Shown here piece by piece: positions 61,025 through 64,000 of a DNA stretch of 64,000 nucleotides. How positions within the stretch are numbered: the stretch's first letter is position 1; each line of letters opens with the position of its first letter. Both the position numbers and the translations under genes were made by a program. Under the pieces are notes generated by a model. It worked only from the letters and a program-made list of their open reading frames with translations, was not told the origin of the DNA and did no database searches. Origin of the DNA: Parasitella parasitica NRRL 2501 (lineage: Eukaryota > Fungi > Mucoromycota); the NCBI GenBank assembly GCA_025201805.1, contig MU619237.1, positions 365,552 through 429,551 on the forward strand, written 5' to 3'.

Positions 61025-64000
61025 TCATTTGGATTGGTCTTTTTTTGCCTTGGCAATAGCTAACAGCTCATTGTATTCACCTGAGCGAATACACATTTGT
61101 TGGAATATGCTTCCCTCTTTCGTCATCAAGTCGTACGGAGCATCGAATTCTTTGACTTGGCCTTGATCCAAAACCAAGATGCGGTCGTAGTCAGCAACGG
61201 TACGGATACGATGCGCAATGCAGAGCAAAGCGGAATCTACAAACTCTGTGCGAATGGTTTGCTGGATCTTGTAATCAGTGTCAAAGTCGACAGAAGAAGT
61301 AGCCTCGTCTAAGATAATGAGGGCTGACTTCTTGACAAGAGCACGGGCCAAAGCAATCAATTGTCGTTGACCTTGGGACCAGTTACTGCCATTTTCAGTG
61401 ACCACAGAATCCAGTGAGATTTGATCGCCTGCATCTTGCTGCTCGTTGTTGGCTTCATCGATTAAATGAGACCGTTTCAATGCTGCCCAAAGTTCAATAT
61501 CGTTATGTTGGTCAAACGGATCCAAATTACTGCGAAGAGTGCCCGAAAAGAGAACGGGGTCTTGAGGGATAATTGTTAAACGAGACCGGAGTACATCGAG
61601 CCCTATTGTATGGATATCAACGCCATCAATCTTGATACTACCGCTAGTGGGATCCATGAAACGGAAGATGGAAAGTGCTAGTGTTGATTTACCAGAGCCT
61701 GTGCGACCCACAATGCCAATCTTTTCACGAGGGTTCACCTTGAAGGAAACATTGCGAAGAACAGGAGGGTTTTCGGGGGCATATTGCATCACTAAATCTT
61801 TGACTTCAATAGAACCGTGCTCTGGCCAGTTGGCGTTGGGCTCAGTTTCAGCGATATAGGTTGGGGGTTCTTCTTCCACATCCAAATATTCATGCACTCG
61901 TTCAATGGCATTCATGTTCATTTCGTTCAAGGCATATTGGCGGACAACCCACAGTACATGGTGAGTAAACATTAAAGAATAACTGAGAGACAAACCGGCA
62001 AGCCCAGGATCAACCCAACCGCGAGCTAGAACCAAGACAAATCCAGTACAGAAGCCAACAAAGGCACCCAGGACATCAGCACGGCAATGCAGCCAACGGT
62101 TAGTGGCCCACATCCACAAGAAAGGGCGGTTGTTGCTGTCAATCTTGTTGTGGTTCTCATAGATAAACCTGTATTGTGATCCAAACGCACGGATCGTTGC
62201 AACACCATTGACGCTTTCATTGAATTGAACGTAGATAGGACTGCGGCTGACAGAGTTCAGGCGCTTGAGATCGCGAGAAGTTCGAAGATAATACGAGCCA
62301 ATAGCAAAGAAAACAATGGCAATAACAACACCAGGAATCAGAAAGGCAGGCGTAATCGCAGACACCAGCATGATAACGCACAGCGTAGCAACAATGGAAT
62401 AGAGTAAGAATGAAAGCGCAGGAGACGTTTCTTGATCAATGGTAGCCAAATCAGAAGAAAATCTGTTGACAATTCTGCCCAAAGGCGTAATATCATAGAA
62501 ACGAACCTTGGCGCGCAAGATACGATTCAGTAGCTCGCTATGAATGCGACGAGATGCCTTTAAAGAGCCGGTAAAGAGGATAAACGTACGAAGCGAGGTC
62601 ATAATCAGTGCAACAATGCCAATCAGAAAGTAGACAGTGAGGTAGTACTTTACATCTACAGGCGCTCTGGTGACATCCAATGCAGTAAAAGCATGGTAGA
62701 TGGGTGCAGTGTACGCATTCATCAAGTTGGTTTGACCCAAGATTGAGAAGGCAGAGTTGTGAGCAGAAAAGACACCGATATTAGAGGTGCCGTTGCTGTG
62801 ATGATCCTCTTGTCCATACGCAGCAGACCACACCTTGATCCAATAATCTTGAGCCAAAACACAGGCTTGAGCAACACCAAAGAGAACGAGAACAACAAGA
62901 AAGAACTTGAAACCTCCTGAAGCGTCGATGTAGGCTTTATAGACGCTCCAGGATACACCACCCTCAGCACGCTCTTCATCCTGTGTTAACTTTCCACCAG
63001 CGGCAGTTTTTTTGCTGAAGTTTTTGGGGACAGCAGGAATAGGACCTTCAACAGCAGCTTCTTCAGCAGTAACCGTCTCTGCTTCCTCAGACCGAGAAAG
63101 TTCGTCACCAAGGACACCCGATTTCAGCAATTCTTTGGGAGAACCCGCATCAACGACCTCGCCATCCTTCAATGCAACAATGTAATCGGCACTAGGGAGA
63201 CACAAGCCAACATGGTGAGTAACCAAGACAATCGTGCGATGCTTCATCAATTCGCCAATCAAGCAGTTTTCATACAAGTGTTTAGCCGTGTGGGCGTCGA
63301 CAGCACTGAGACAATCATCCAAAATGACGGTATTGGCTTGCGAATAAACGGCACGAGCAATAGCAACTCTCTGCTTCTGTCCACCACTCAATGTGATACC
63401 TTTTTCGCCAACTTCTGTAGCATCTCCAAATTCCAAGATATCTAAATCGCGGGTTAATGCGGTCATGTACAGAACAGCTTCATAACGATCCTGGTCAAAC
63501 GGCAGACCAAACAAGATATTGTCGCGGATGCTACAGTTTTGTAGCCAAGCAGTTTGAGCGACATACGCGACGCCGGACACAGCGCCACCCATAGGGCTCG
63601 TCTTGTTGGGGATTGTACGAGGCAGAATAGCATGGCCAGAGATGCAGAAGGTTTCGCCCAACAAACTAGCCAGCAGCGTAGTTTTACCAGATCCAGTGGG
63701 GCCGCATACAATAGAAAGCTTGCCAACGGGGAAGCTCAAGTTGAGGTTTTTGATAGACGGCTTGTTGTAGCTATCCCTTTTGCTATCCCAACTGAAGGTT
63801 GCATTCTCTACAAAGCCAAGAGCGACACCATGACGAGCAGCTTCCAGATTGATTTGAGCAGGAAGCTCAACCTCATCTTCATCCAAAAACTTTTCCACAC
63901 GCTTTATAGATACATTGGCCTGGATGAGGAACGACATCAAAAGCGGAAATTCGTCAATGGCTCCGCGGAAAGTATTGAATAAAGCTAGAGCAGTAAAGGC
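61025..64000 (-). CDS. ABCC/MRP-family ABC transporter (Ybt1/Bpt1-like); 5' part lies outside the window
   Basis: NBD1 GPTGSGKT, LSGGQKQRV, LDDCLSAVD; TMD2; NBD2 GRTGSGKS, WSQGQRQL, LDEATSSVD. Confidence 0.95.
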   Translation of the reverse strand, partial: AFTALALFNTFRGAIDEFPLLMSFLIQANVSIKRVEKFLDEDEVELPAQINLEAARHGVALGFVENATFSWDSKRDSYNKPSIKNLNLSFPVGKLSIVCGPTGSGKTTLLASLLGETFCISGHAILPRTIPNKTSPMGGAVSGVAYVAQTAWLQNCSIRDNILFGLPFDQDRYEAVLYMTALTRDLDILEFGDATEVGEKGITLSGGQKQRVAIARAVYSQANTVILDDCLSAVDAHTAKHLYENCLIGELMKHRTIVLVTHHVGLCLPSADYIVALKDGEVVDAGSPKELLKSGVLGDELSRSEEAETVTAEEAAVEGPIPAVPKNFSKKTAAGGKLTQDEERAEGGVSWSVYKAYIDASGGFKFFLVVLVLFGVAQACVLAQDYWIKVWSAAYGQEDHHSNGTSNIGVFSAHNSAFSILGQTNLMNAYTAPIYHAFTALDVTRAPVDVKYYLTVYFLIGIVALIMTSLRTFILFTGSLKASRRIHSELLNRILRAKVRFYDITPLGRIVNRFSSDLATIDQETSPALSFLLYSIVATLCVIMLVSAITPAFLIPGVVIAIVFFAIGSYYLRTSRDLKRLNSVSRSPIYVQFNESVNGVATIRAFGSQYRFIYENHNKIDSNNRPFLWMWATNRWLHCRADVLGAFVGFCTGFVLVLARGWVDPGLAGLSLSYSLMFTHHVLWVVRQYALNEMNMNAIERVHEYLDVEEEPPTYIAETEPNANWPEHGSIEVKDLVMQYAPENPPVLRNVSFKVNPREKIGIVGRTGSGKSTLALSIFRFMDPTSGSIKIDGVDIHTIGLDVLRSRLTIIPQDPVLFSGTLRSNLDPFDQHNDIELWAALKRSHLIDEANNEQQDAGDQISLDSVVTENGSNWSQGQRQLIALARALVKKSALIILDEATSSVDFDTDYKIQQTIRTEFVDSALLCIAHRIRTVADYDRILVLDQGQVKEFDAPYDLMTKEGSIFQQMCIRSGEYNELLAIAKAKKDQSK

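Overview
Gene-dense, intron-rich eukaryotic DNA from a Mucorales fungus (Mucor-like). It has about 25 protein genes, short introns, many microsatellites and homopolymers, and four N-gaps. The left ~40 kb holds mostly housekeeping genes: RNPC3-like, NAT9-like, an F-box protein, a FAR1-type transcription factor, spartin-like, MIOS/SEA4, ZW10/Dsl1, a C2H2 factor, a rhodanese, Uds1-like, TIM13, a TPS-TPP fusion, a THUMP protein, ABZ2-like, RPL8, a RasGAP, cystinosin, an alpha/beta-hydrolase and a PPR protein. The right part contains the Mucorales mating-type (sex) locus: glrA, rnhA, an intronless HMG-box gene (most likely sexM) and algA. The tptA gene expected between the sex gene and algA survives only as a decayed pseudogene that the ORF track does not show. 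Two further decayed coding remnants lie nearby: a WD40 relic left of glrA and a possible HMG-box relic (sexP-like?) between glrA and rnhA. Together they suggest a remodelled sex locus, either through duplication with reciprocal gene loss (as in homothallic Mucorales) or through degeneration. Immediately beyond algA is a ~1,700-aa secreted Thr-rich tandem-repeat protein (adhesin-like), followed by an ABCC transporter. All exon boundaries and family calls were read by eye and have not been checked against databases.
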